Assembly (NCBI GenBank): GCA_003427395.1 | Contig: BFEA01000044.1 | Coordinates: 1,960,896 to 2,024,895, forward strand | From: Chara braunii | Lineage: Eukaryota; Plantae; Charophyceae | Length of the DNA: 64,000 nt | Reading direction: 5' to 3' | Shown here: in pieces, positions 50,801-62,003 of the stretch | How the letters are laid out: every line of letters starts with the position of its first letter | Numbering within the stretch: position 1 is the stretch's first letter | Position numbers and translations under genes: made by a program | The notes under the pieces: model-generated | The model's database searches: none | Told to the model about the DNA's origin: nothing | Seen by the model: the letters and a program-made list of their open reading frames with translations, nothing else

Positions 50801-53157
50801 TCAGAACTTGGCGTTATTTAATATATTACCTCGAGACTCGGACCAGATAATAATGAGTCAGCGCGTAGTTGAACGGTGAAAGAGTCGTTTTTTCCCGAAG
50901 GAGTTGGCTGAGACCCCTTTGTCGAGCCCTCCTCCCGTTTAGCGAGTTTACCATAGGGGTAACTCTGTAGTATGAAAAGCCTCAGATGTTGTCAGTCGTT
51001 TTCGCTACTCGGGGTATGTAGTGAATCAAATCACATCTTCAACGGGGTAAGTGACAGAAAAGCAGAAAGTGAGTGCGACCAGTGCAATGCAAACATGATG
51101 TATGCAGTACTTTACTGGGGCAAGGATGAGACCATAAGTCTTGGTGAATGGCCGGGTTGAGAGTCGGCACAAACTCATTAAGACACGCTCCTCACACCTG
51201 CGGGTTGAATGAAAAGTTACGTAATACGATCGCATATCGCGGGCCATCCAGAGCAGGGGAGGGAATGGACTGTGGGGTAGTAATCCTAAGCAGGTGCACC
51301 ATCAGTCTATAAGACCCCCATCGAGAACTTTTTGGGCAGTCAGGTTTATCTCGGCACGACTATCCTCTGTCAGCAGCAACAACAAGAAACAAGTACTCTG
51401 TTTGCCTTTGCCATTTTAGTGTTGATTCGAACGAGGATCTGTCGAGTAGGCTCAAACCTAAGCGTCTTTCCTGGTTTCAGGAGGCACTGCCTTTCCCTAT
51501 TTAACTTGGATTAACGTCTAGTTCTCAAAGTGGGAGTCTGCTTGGCCCCTGCCCATCAAACCCAACGGCGGCATCACAAGACAAAAGCATCGATAACTAT
51601 CCCGAGATTGCAGTCGCAAGTTGGTGACATCATTCAAGCTTGACCCAACTTCAGTGTATGAATACAGTTCCATCACTTTTAGTCAGAGTGTTAGTCCTAG
51701 TTCCTCCCGGCTAAAGCTATTCGAACCAGTTTGGCAATCTTGGGACAGCCTCTCACCTTGAGTGTGGAACCTCTCCAAAGACGAATTGCAGTCTATTTTC
51801 TGTTCGTCGCCTGAGACATAGAGTGTGGAGGAGCCATGAGGGATGGTGAGGTCCTGGTGGTGAAAAACATATCAAACAGGGACAAGAGAGAGGGATTGGA
51901 GGAAGAGGCTTGCCTAGATATGGAGTCTCATAGGCAGACCCAGAGAGGACAGAGAGGACATGCGGTCCAGAAAGTCAGAGGGGAGAAATACAATGAATAC
52001 GTACTTTATTTTTACGGTCACGATGACAAATTACAATGTTCTGGTTCGTTGCTAGAGACAAAGGAGCAGGCCAAGGCGAGGCTCGAGTAAACACAAAGAT
52101 GTCCAAACACTCCCCTCGAGATTCCCACCGATGTTAGAATCTGCAAGTGCCACACTGTAGTTTGCAGCTATCTCAACGTTATGACACTAAGTGTCTTGTT
52201 ACCCCAACAACAATGTTCAAACAACATTCAAGCAGCAACATTCAATCAGAATTCAATCAAATACTCAATCAACACTCAGTTTGTTGGAGTTACTTGAAAC
52301 CTTCGGTGAGGGTCAATCACCTCTTGGTCACTTTTATTCACGGCAGAGGTCGGTATCAGTGGGATAGTGCCTCCACCTCAAGAGATTGGGTCAGTTTCCG
52401 CATCCATCTCTGCACATGAGTTTAGTTCAGTCTTCTCCAGTTAATAAGACGATGTTGACCAGTCTCATCAGGATTGCACTCAAGGAAGCTTTCAAGTACC
52501 GCTATGTTAGTGCAATTAGTTTCAGAAAGGGAGACTTGTCAGTTTTTGTGGTTCACACTGAGTTTGCAGGAGGTGCCATTCATGACTTGAGGGTCTTTTT
52601 GAGGAAGGGTAAAGAAACACATGAGCACCTGGACTCAGTTGGGTTTCACCAACCAGGTACCTTGAGGAGAGAAAAAGGGAGCTCGACAAGAATGGGACAA
52701 AGTCGATCTGCAGTTTTGGACCCAAACTCTACTCTGACTATCCCAAGCCTCCAGTACCTTTCACTCTCACTGACGGTTCTTATTGGGGTGACTTGGTGGA
52801 CCTGGAAAGAGTTTTGTGCTATGGTTGATTTTGGTATCATGGGACTCGGATGGAAATGCTCGGAGCTAGCAGGCTTTAGGTGGCTCTACATTCAGAGGTC
52901 ACAACCTCTGAAAGTACAGGGACATGGCTCAAGGCACAGGAAAAGCACAACCAAATGAGAGATTGAGTGTATGGCCAGGAGGGATGAGAGGGGACTCTTG
53001 ACTAGTGCTGGTCATGCTCCCTTTATGTGTATTTTTTTGAGATTATTAAGAGTTCTCATTCTTCCCTCATTTATCCTTGTCATTGCTCGAGTCAGTTGGT
53101 CCTGCTTCTTTTGCTTTGACTTCGCTTGATGATTATGTTCTCTGACGATCCTGTCAC
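44870..53157. mobile_element. Large non-coding LTR-retrotransposon-like block (unclassified)
   Basis: GCTATGG motif cluster, duplicated hairpins, short tandem repeats (48240-48580) and a TGTCACA end. No recognisable ORF; boundaries uncertain. Confidence 0.3.
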
Positions 53158-53805
53158 AGTTTTCAAAATTAGAAAATTGGCAAAACTAATGCATGCATGA
53201 CATACCAAAATTTCATGATTATTATTTGCATAATCTTTGTTGTTCCGAATCAAAATAAAAGATTCCTAAGACCGGGGACCGGCGAAGACCGCAATTGAAC
53301 GGTCTCGCTCGAAGTCGGACGCACACAACAGGAAGGGATTTGCTGTACTTAATTTATTTTATTTATTGCAAACGTCAACCAAATCTTGCGTTACAGCCTG
53401 TTGGCTTTCTGGTCGCGTGGAGTGGTCCGACTAGAAAAAGTGCGACTACGCGCGCGTGCACCCGCATTGGTGGGATGTCTTGTGCAGTTTAGACAGGGGT
53501 TCTAATTTAGAGTCGCCCTCGTCCTCCGTCGAACTGCCATGTTTCTTGTCGATTTCACTTTTATCGTCCTTGCCACTGCCATCAGTCCTATCGCTGCCGC
53601 CACTCCCCTCATGACCATCTTCTTTTTCATCCTCCTTGCCATTGCCATCAGTCCCATCGCTGCCGCCACTCTTGTGATGACCATTGCCATTGCCATTACT
53701 TTCGTGGCTTCCACCATCATTTTCGTCACCACCGCCACCACTTTCATCGCTGCTTGTCGCTTTTCGCGCTGCTGCTTCCACCTCTTGCACGGGCTCCTTC
53801 TGCAG

Positions 53806-55402
53806 TCATCCTCGCTTTCTCCTGACACGTCCGGGTGCAGGACCTCCTGCCAAATTGCCACCCTCCACGTCCCCAACCTCCTCATCATTTGTGTCCCTTT
53901 GAGTTGCAGCCTCCTCTTGCACGAGCTCTTTTTGCGGTCGTCCTCGCTTTCTTGTGCCACGTGCGGGTGTTGGACCTCCTACCAAATTGCCACCTTCCAC
54001 TCCCTCGACCTCCTCGTCACCTGTTCCCTCTTTTGAGTTGCAGCCTCTCTGAGGTCTTCCTCTCCCTTCTTTGGTCGGGATCGAGGAAGGTGCAATTGCA
54101 ATTTCCCTCGCAGCTTTGTATTTGTTGGCATGCTCAATGATCATGGTCCTCGTGGCCTGATCCAACTTATGCAAATGTTGCCGGACCAAAAACTTGGAAG
54201 CCTTTGTGGCCTTCCTCCACTCGTTGAGCTCCCTCTCGAGCTCAAGCAGATTGTTGCGCAACCGATGACGTTGGATTGTGATCTCCTTTGGAGCAGGCGT
54301 TTGTGGTGCTTGAACGGGAATGTCGTTGTCGTTGTCGGAGCCTGAGTCATCGTTCTCACCTACATCACCAACCGACTCTGTTCTGTGCAGCCGGGCACAC
54401 CACTCCGCCAGCCGTGATCGTGCATCCGCTGCCCTCTCATCCCATGTTAGATCTTCCACCAGTTTGTCCACTTCCCATTTCGTAGAATCCTTAACAGCCT
54501 TGGGCCTCTTAGTCGAGGCATCCAATAAATGCTGGTTCCGTCTTGAAAACTAGTGTGCTAAGCTTGATGGTGCCGAGGTTGTTAGGGAGACGACTATGAA
54601 TTCGTTCAAGCAAGCTCTAGGAGACCATCACGTTGATGTGCGGTCTCTGTCGGCGATCTGTTCAACCATCAAGCTGCAACATGCAGCCAGTGGTTTGCCA
54701 CTCCTGTCGCAACTCCTTCCACCCTCTTCCCGACCTTACCCCTTGTTACTTTGACCCTCCTCATCCTTGCATTTTCAATTGTGTGTACCTGAAGCCTTTT
54801 GGCGCATTCATCAACGTGTGCACCATTTTGTCACAGTATTTGCTCCTCATCATGTTGAACGGGATGCATTTTGCCGTCATCCAGTCGTCTACCGTGCGCT
54901 GTGTCTGCTAGTGTGCCGTAATGACAGCGGCGCTGTCCACGATCGTTGTCTGACCGAGCCCTGCCGCAGACCCTGATGGATTCACAACTACTACTTCCAT
55001 TGTCCGCGAATTTCTCTGGCCGACTGTCCTCGAATTCGTTTGGCGGAGCCCCGTTGCAGACCCCAATGGATCTAAAACTACTGTTGTCAAATTCCACGGA
55101 GCATTCTCATCCTCCAATGGCGACTCCATTTCACCATATGTTGTGATGGACCCCAATGCGGACGTGGCAGCCGACCTCTGTTTCTCCCTCCTTGAGTACT
55201 CCTCTTCTAGCATAACATCTCTCGCGCGCTCAACGTTGCATCTCGATCCCTCGAGGACATGTTCCCTTGCCCTGCTGGCTGTCCCGGCCACGGGCTTCTC
55301 ACAGTAATTCCATACGTGTTTTTTGTTCCCCTTGTCGGCTTTGCCACTAATTGCCACTTTTGTGAAGTGCTTCTTCACGGACCGGCTGTCGTTTTTAGTC
55401 AT
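53806..55402 (-). pseudogene. hAT transposase remnant (BED finger, DUF659 start, C-terminal tail)
   Basis: VKKHF...WNYCEK...RAREH...C (BED finger), WMTAKCIPFN, EWQTTGCMLQLDG*TDRRQRPHINVMVS (first catalytic Asp region), then a jump to NQHLLD and a low-complexity tail. Confidence 0.85.
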
Positions 55403-55520
55403 CCGGCAAGTAGACAAAAAAAACGAAAGAAAAAAGCAGTTGCTAAAGCCTATTCACTCTTTAGCCCTCAATGCTCTTCATCCTCCACTCTTTATCCCCA
55501 TCCTCTCCTCTGCTCATAGA

Positions 55521-55558
<38 letters not shown>

Positions 55559-55629
55559 CCAATCAATCAACCAATCAATTAACCAAGCAAACAATCTGTC
55601 AATCAAACAGACAATCAGTCAATCATGCC

Positions 55630-55662
<33 letters not shown>

Positions 55663-56679
55663 CCAATCAATCAATCAATCCATAAACCAATCAATCAATC
55701 TACCAATCACTCAATCACTCAATCAATTAATCAATCAGACCATGAACAGGTGCACTGCACAAAGTCGTCCAATGGAACAGCTCCCTCACGAGGTCGACTT
55801 TTTTAACAACATGACAACACTTCCTATGGGGTCGAACAGTAACGGTAATCTTACATTCGATCCACCAAAGAACCCAACATTCGAGCACATCCCGATATTC
55901 CAGTAGTTACAAAATTTTGACAGCACGACAGCAACCCCAATGTGGTTAAATGGTTGAGAAAAAAAGGTGTATATCCGACAATGAACGAAAAAATCAATCA
56001 ATCAATCAAATCCATTAATCAACGAAATCAAACGGTCGATCAATCAATCAAATCAATCCATCAATCAATCAAGATTTCATCTATTGATTGATGGACTCAT
56101 TTTATTGAATGATTGATTGATTGGCTGCTTTTCGAGGACATACACATCACACGAGAAACCACAAAAGCATGTCCATGCTTCGAGCAAATGTCGAAAGATG
56201 CGATTGAAAGATGAATAAAACGTTGGACAAAGTCTACGTAACAAATATGCAGGGAAAACAAAAGATAAGATAAAAGGATGGAGGTTGAAGTTTCGTTCAA
56301 ATGGTTGAGAAAAACAAAAGTGCCTATCCGGAAGTGAACGTCAATCATTCCAATCACTCGATCAATCAATCAATTAATCAATAAATTAACGAAATCAATC
56401 AGTCGATCAATCAATCAAGTCAATCAATCAATAAATCAAGATCTTCTCTAATAATTGATGGACTTATTTTACTTAATGATTGATTGATTAGCTGCTTTTC
56501 GAGGACTGACGCATCACACATGAGAAACGACAAAAGCATGTCCGCGCTTCCAACAAAGGTCGACAGATGTGATTGAAAGATTAATAAAGTGTTTTAAAGT
56601 CTACGTAACAAATATGCAGGGAAAAAGAAAAAAAAAAAAAAGGAAGGAGGTTCAAATTTCGTTCAACCGTTCAAACAAG

Positions 56680-56770
<91 letters not shown>

Positions 56771-56789
56771 TTGTCCTCCCCATACGCGA

Positions 56790-56925
56790 TTAGAGAGAGA
56801 GAATCACAATAACGAGAATCCAAGACCGAACGCGATGAGAAAGAGAGAGAATCGCCATAATGAGAGCCCAACACCGAACATGGTGAGAGAGAGAGAATCG
56901 CCATAATGACAGCCAAAGATCGAAC

Positions 56926-56973
<48 letters not shown>

Positions 56974-57560
56974 GCCATAACGAGGGCCGAAGATCGAACG
57001 TGATGAGGGAGAGAGAAAATCGCCATAACAAGAGCCGGAGATCGAATGCGATGAGAGAGCGAATGGCCATAACGAGAGTCAAAGATCGATTGCGATGAGA
57101 GAGATCCAATCGCCATAAGATGAGGCCAAGATCGAACGCGACGAGAGTTAGAGAATCGCCATAACGAGAGTCCAAGACCGAACGCAATGAGAGAGAGAGA
57201 ATCGCCATAACAAGAGCCGACGACATAACCCAATGAGAGGGAAAGAATTGCCATAACGAGAGTCAAAGATCGAATGCAATGAGAGAGAGAGAGAATCGTC
57301 GTAATGAGAGCCAAAGATCGAATGTGATGAGAGAGAGATGATTGCCATAACGAGAGTCGTGAAGATCGAACGAGATGAGAGAGGGAGAATCGCCATAGCG
57401 AGAGCTCAAGATCCAACGCGATGAGTGTGAATTGCCGTAACGAGAGCCCAAGATCGAACGCGATGAGAGAGCGAATCGCCATAAAGAGAGCCCAAGATCG
57501 AACACAATGACAGAGAGATATTGCCATAACGAGAGCCCAAGATTGAACGTGATGCGCGCG
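56790..57560. repeat. ~40-43 bp degenerate tandem repeat (GAATCGCCATAACGAGAGCCAAGATCGAACGCGATGAGA)
   Basis: About 17 copies upstream of the hAT transposase; probably a subterminal array. Confidence 0.85.
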
Positions 57561-57687
57561 CGCACAAGAGAGAGAGAGAGAAATGAGAAAGTCACGAGAA
57601 AACGATGTGCGCACGCGCGTGCGCACGAGAGAGAGAGAGAGAGAGAGAGAGAGCCACGAGAGAGCCACGAGAAAGCCATGAGAGAGC

Positions 57688-57734
<47 letters not shown>

Positions 57735-59027
57735 TTGACCTGCTGGCTGGCGGCTTCCTCGTCGGCAGCTGGCTGCTGGGCGGCAGGGTGGACTCCAAAG
57801 GGTGAAGGGGGGTGGACTCCAATGGACGAAGGGAGGATGCGGCCCGCTCAGGAAACTGGCAGCAGCTGCAGGCGAGAGACTCAAAAATCTATTGTGAAGT
57901 CCACACATAGTAACCCCTGTGTCTAGTCCATACACCCCTGTTCGGTACGCTGAAACAAACAAGAAAATCAGGCCGTTATTTTTCAGGGGGCGCCCAGAAT
58001 GCGAGTATTGAGCCCTCAAGAAGGGGCCTTGCCATGATGTACATGTTCTGGGCTAAGGTCCCAGTAAGCCTAGTGCCCGCCCCGTGAAGGCGGGCCAACA
58101 AATCAACTAGAACCGTCTGTGCAAACATTTCCCGAAGAGGGGTCCATAGAGTTGCAGCAGGCCGATTCTCGAATCTCTGCAAATGTGGAGAACCCAGGGC
58201 CTCTGAGTTAGTTAGGCCCTGGGCACTTGAACGTGAGGCCGACAATGCATGTTGGGTATAGAGGCCGAAAATGCCAAAGGGAAATCGGCCCACTATCTGA
58301 ATCTGGCATCAGGCCTTGACGAAAGACGCGCAACTGCATTACCCGGGCCCCAACTGCATCGGGCTTGGGTTCAGGCACTGGGGCCCAGTCGCTGGCTGAA
58401 GGGAGGCCGCCCACACGCAGCACTGGCAGATAGGCAAGCAGGGCGAGTGGGCAGGCATTCTTGGCCAATGCGAGCATTGCCGGCACGCTGCGCAAATGCG
58501 AGCTGCTGCTGCGCTGCGCTAGGAAGAGGTGCAAGGCAGGCAGGCGCTAGGCGGTAGGGCGCTGCCTGTGCACTGTGCGCTGGCGGCCATAGCCGGGCTG
58601 CAAGGGGCGCAGGTGAGGTGAGGGCGAAGGTGGTTCTTCGGAGGTGAAGGGCGCTGTGTGAGTAACAAGGGAGAGTGTGGGTGAAGAGGACACGTACCTG
58701 GTGGAGGTGGAGGTCGGCATTGGTGTTGACATCATCACTCGCTGGTAGTCAAGTTGTCTGGTTGCTTTCATTGCTGTAGTTGTAGGCTTAGTCTGTAGAG
58801 TAGATAGGGCGCCTGGCGCCATTCATAAGAGAGAGCTACANTGNGTTATGCTGTTGGTGTTGCCCTGTTGGGCATGGACATTGACTCACGATTCTTCTGT
58901 GTCATTCTCAATTGGATGGTTACTCGGTTCCATTGTGCTATCTGCTCTGGCTTTGACTACTTGGACTTCAGTGTGATTTTGCATTCTGGATTTCTGTGCT
59001 TCGTCCATATTCATGTTCCTTGCAATG

Positions 59028-59049
59028 TGGTATCTGAGCTGGTTTGATC
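59028..59049 (+). promoter_or_regulatory. Primer-binding site for initiator tRNA-Met
   Basis: TGGTATCTGAGCTGGTTTGATC versus the canonical TGGTATCAGAGCCAGGTTTCGATC, 3 nt after the LTR end. Confidence 0.85.
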
Positions 59050-59547
59050 GCCACTTACCTCTGGCACGCTGGCATTATACAGACTTGGTGCGTTGACGAT
59101 GCTTCTTCGCAGTTGGTACTTGTGACGTCAGGCGATATATAGGCGCACACCCTGGGTAGAGAGGGGTGCGCCGGAAGGCTAAGACGACAGTGTATGTCGT
59201 GGTGACATGCGGAATGTATGATTGGTGATGAGAGCATGCTGATGTGGCATTCGGCTGAGGTGGCACTGCATTACGTTGTAGGTGGTACCGAGGCCAAGAC
59301 CGGTCATCAAATGCACACTCAACTCAATCGGTGAGAAATCAGTGGTTGGGGCAGCTATCTCCAGGTACGTTGTTCGCATACCTTATCTACTCTCTCAATC
59401 TCTTCTTACCGTGAGGAAGTGAGTCCCACGCATGCGATGGCTGCTGTCCATTTTGGCATTTGCTGCGCTAAATAGAAGTCCTGCCGGGTGTGCCAACCCA
59501 TGACAGACGCTTACCAGACTGTCTATAAACATTTCTGGTTGGGTTGA

Positions 59548-59649
59548 ATCTGGCTGTGATCGTCGTCCTGACTGCGACGTTAAAGAATTCCTAAAGAGAT
59601 GGGGGCGCTCTATAAATTCCTCTTGATCAGCCAGATCACATGGACAGGA
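59548..59649 (+). promoter_or_regulatory. Conserved structured RNA element in gypsy leader (copy 2)
   Basis: 9-bp perfect closing helix ATCTGGCTG/CAGCCAGAT, CGTCG/CGACG hairpin, TTAAAGAATT linker and GGGGG loop. Confidence 0.55.
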
Positions 59650-60154
59650 AGGCTCGTCGCCGTACGAGGGTAAATAAGAGTGGTTGGGTTGGCTTGCTCG
59701 GTAACGACTTGGGCACAGGGGTGGGCCGAAATACACACGAAGACCCTGCCTGCTCAATGATGCTGTTCGGTATGTTGGATTGAGGGGAGGGTAGGTTCTA
59801 ATTGGTGCTCAACTGAATACACAACCATATCCACTCATCATACATCTGCAACATGGTCTTTTTGTATTTTGATTAGTTGGTGGACAGATTGCTAACACCT
59901 CACAGACATAATTAGATTAGGACTGTTGTATGCTACCATAGCCAGTTCTGTCTAATGCTGTTGTAAGCGAACCAATCAGAGTACATCTAGACTATGTAGA
60001 CAATCTGTTGTGAATGTTGTAGACATGCCACTTGATCGGTACAGTAGGGGACCTGCCGGACACAACTATTTATAGAAAATTAGGTGCCGGTCAGACACAT
60101 GTTGTGGTAGGACTCCACTAGGGGGTTCTAGTGCAGACAATGTTTGCCTAATTC

Positions 60155-62003
60155 ATGAACGGGTCAGACATCGATGAGGAGAGAGTTGACGATGCTAGAC
60201 TAACACGTGCAAGGTCACGTAGGATCCCGCACGTGTTCCAGGCCCTACAACCAGAAGACGAAAGACGCATTCGTGCCGAACGCAGAGCCCGTGCTCTCGC
60301 AGTGTCAAGAGAGGCAGCAAATGTTGCAGCTAGGGAACAGACTACAGCAGCAGCCAGGGCAATAGCCATGTCTTCTGCAGCAGCATCCTCCACTGCATCT
60401 TTTGTTGTCTCCTCGTCTGGACCCCAGTTGGGAATGCCAACAGGGTCCGCGGGCACTTCCAGTTTAGTAGGATCACGTCAGTCTACAAGTCAAATGGNGG
60501 GCTCGCAGTTCAGCCCGTTGACTCCTCGCGAAAGGGAGCTTAGGGAGCTCCAACAGGTCGAAAGGATTCGTGAAAGATTAGAGAGGGAACTGAAACAAGC
60601 TACCGACAGAGAAAGGGAAATTAAAAATAGAACAGCTAGGCTTGATACATTAGAGGCTGACGACGCTGAGTTAGAGGGCTTGGATGACTCTGGAATGAAT
60701 AAGCCCATGAAAGTGTCGAGGAACAACATGCTGTCGCTGCATGCGCAGGTGGACAGCAGGTTGGACTTCATGCAGAACACTTTGGACCAGATCCTGGACG
60801 TTCTGACCAGGCCAGGATTTAGGCCACCAGCACAATCGCCGTTGCCGTTATCGGCGATGTCAGGCCCCTTTCCAGTTCAAGCTGGTACACAACCAAGTGG
60901 TACGTCTGCAGCAGTTGCACAGTCTGTAGCATCTTCTTCTTCGGGTCCAGCGGTGGGAGTTACACCACCGCAACAACCTGTTCCTCAACAGGGCCAGCCG
61001 CAGGGTCAATGGTATCCTAAGACCCCAATGAAACTGCCTCTTGCCTTCTCAGGTGAGAGAAAGGACGAAGAGCTCAACACTTGGTTGAGGACAGTCCTGG
61101 TTTGGGTCAAGGCCAAGAGGACGTTGCTGGAGGACGAAGTGGTTACCGCTGCATCTTACCTCGAGGGTAAGGCAGCCAAATGGCTAGATGGTGTAGTTGT
61201 AAAGGCCGGGTACGGGCGACGCATGGCAGACTGGGCTAAGTCTTTAACATTAGACCAATTCATGGAGATGGTAGAAGCGATGGCATAATCCACAGGAGGC
61301 ACAAAGAACCACTGATGCGATTAACAAGTTAGACCAACGAAAATTCAAGTTGGTTAGAGAGCTTACGACTACCGTTGAGAGCCTGATCCTCGTTCCAGGC
61401 ATCAACTACAGTGACCAGTTACTGTTAACTACGTTTGTTAGATGTCTTCCAAAGAACATCAGGAACTTGTTGGCCAGTGAGGCACGCGTCGAGTACAATT
61501 CGTTTGAGTCATTGTCTAGGAAAGCCTTAGATTTGGAGGCCACTCTAGGCAATGCTCAACCCTCTCAGAGTGACACGAAGAAGAAGAAGAGTCCTCAGGA
61601 GTGGAAGAAGAAGGGGGCGAAGTTGATGATGGTTGAGTCTGATGGGACTCAAACGGAAATCGATGAGCTCACCGACCTGATGGACTACTCAGAGTACGAC
61701 GGCGAGGAGACCGCTGAGGGTAGCACCCTCGCCGCAGTTGTAAAGGCTAATGCAGGTGGCCGAGTGAAGGGCCAACCAAGGAGTCAAGGGAAGGCCGCCT
61801 CCAATCAGACCAAGCAGGCCGATTGGGTGAAGGCAGGTTTTGATCAAGACGTGTGGCGTGACCGTCGAGTGTGTGGCGCTTGTATCAACCGCGGGGAATA
61901 CGGTCACTCGCAGTACAAGTGCCAGAACGCAAAGGTTACGCTAAAGATACCTCCAAAGATGGGGGCATCTTATTCCCATGCTTCTAGCTCGGGAAACGTG
62001 TGA
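60155..62003 (+). pseudogene. gag of family A element (one frameshift near 61285)
   Basis: 377 aa and 217 aa ORFs. PKTPMKLPLAFSGE...WL, AASYLEGKAAKW, and degenerate zinc knuckle CINRGEYGHSQYKC. Confidence 0.85.
61991..61997 (+). promoter_or_regulatory. -1 ribosomal frameshift slippery heptamer G_GGA_AAC
   Basis: In the gag frame just before the stop; the -1 frame is open into pol. Confidence 0.7.

Larger units (their letters stand above)
53156..57890 (-). mobile_element. Internally deleted hAT (DUF659-type) DNA transposon, approximate extent
   Basis: Transposase remnant, (TCAA)n tracts, ~350 bp duplication (55948/56299), ~42-bp subterminal repeats, and a terminal region repeated at 1345-1610. 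Confidence 0.65.

Noticed and set aside
51290-51301. tRNA-Gly-like PBS on the minus strand
   Set aside because: No adjacent LTR terminus.
56790-58019. 409-aa ORF
   Set aside because: Translation of a tandem repeat and (GA)n tracts.
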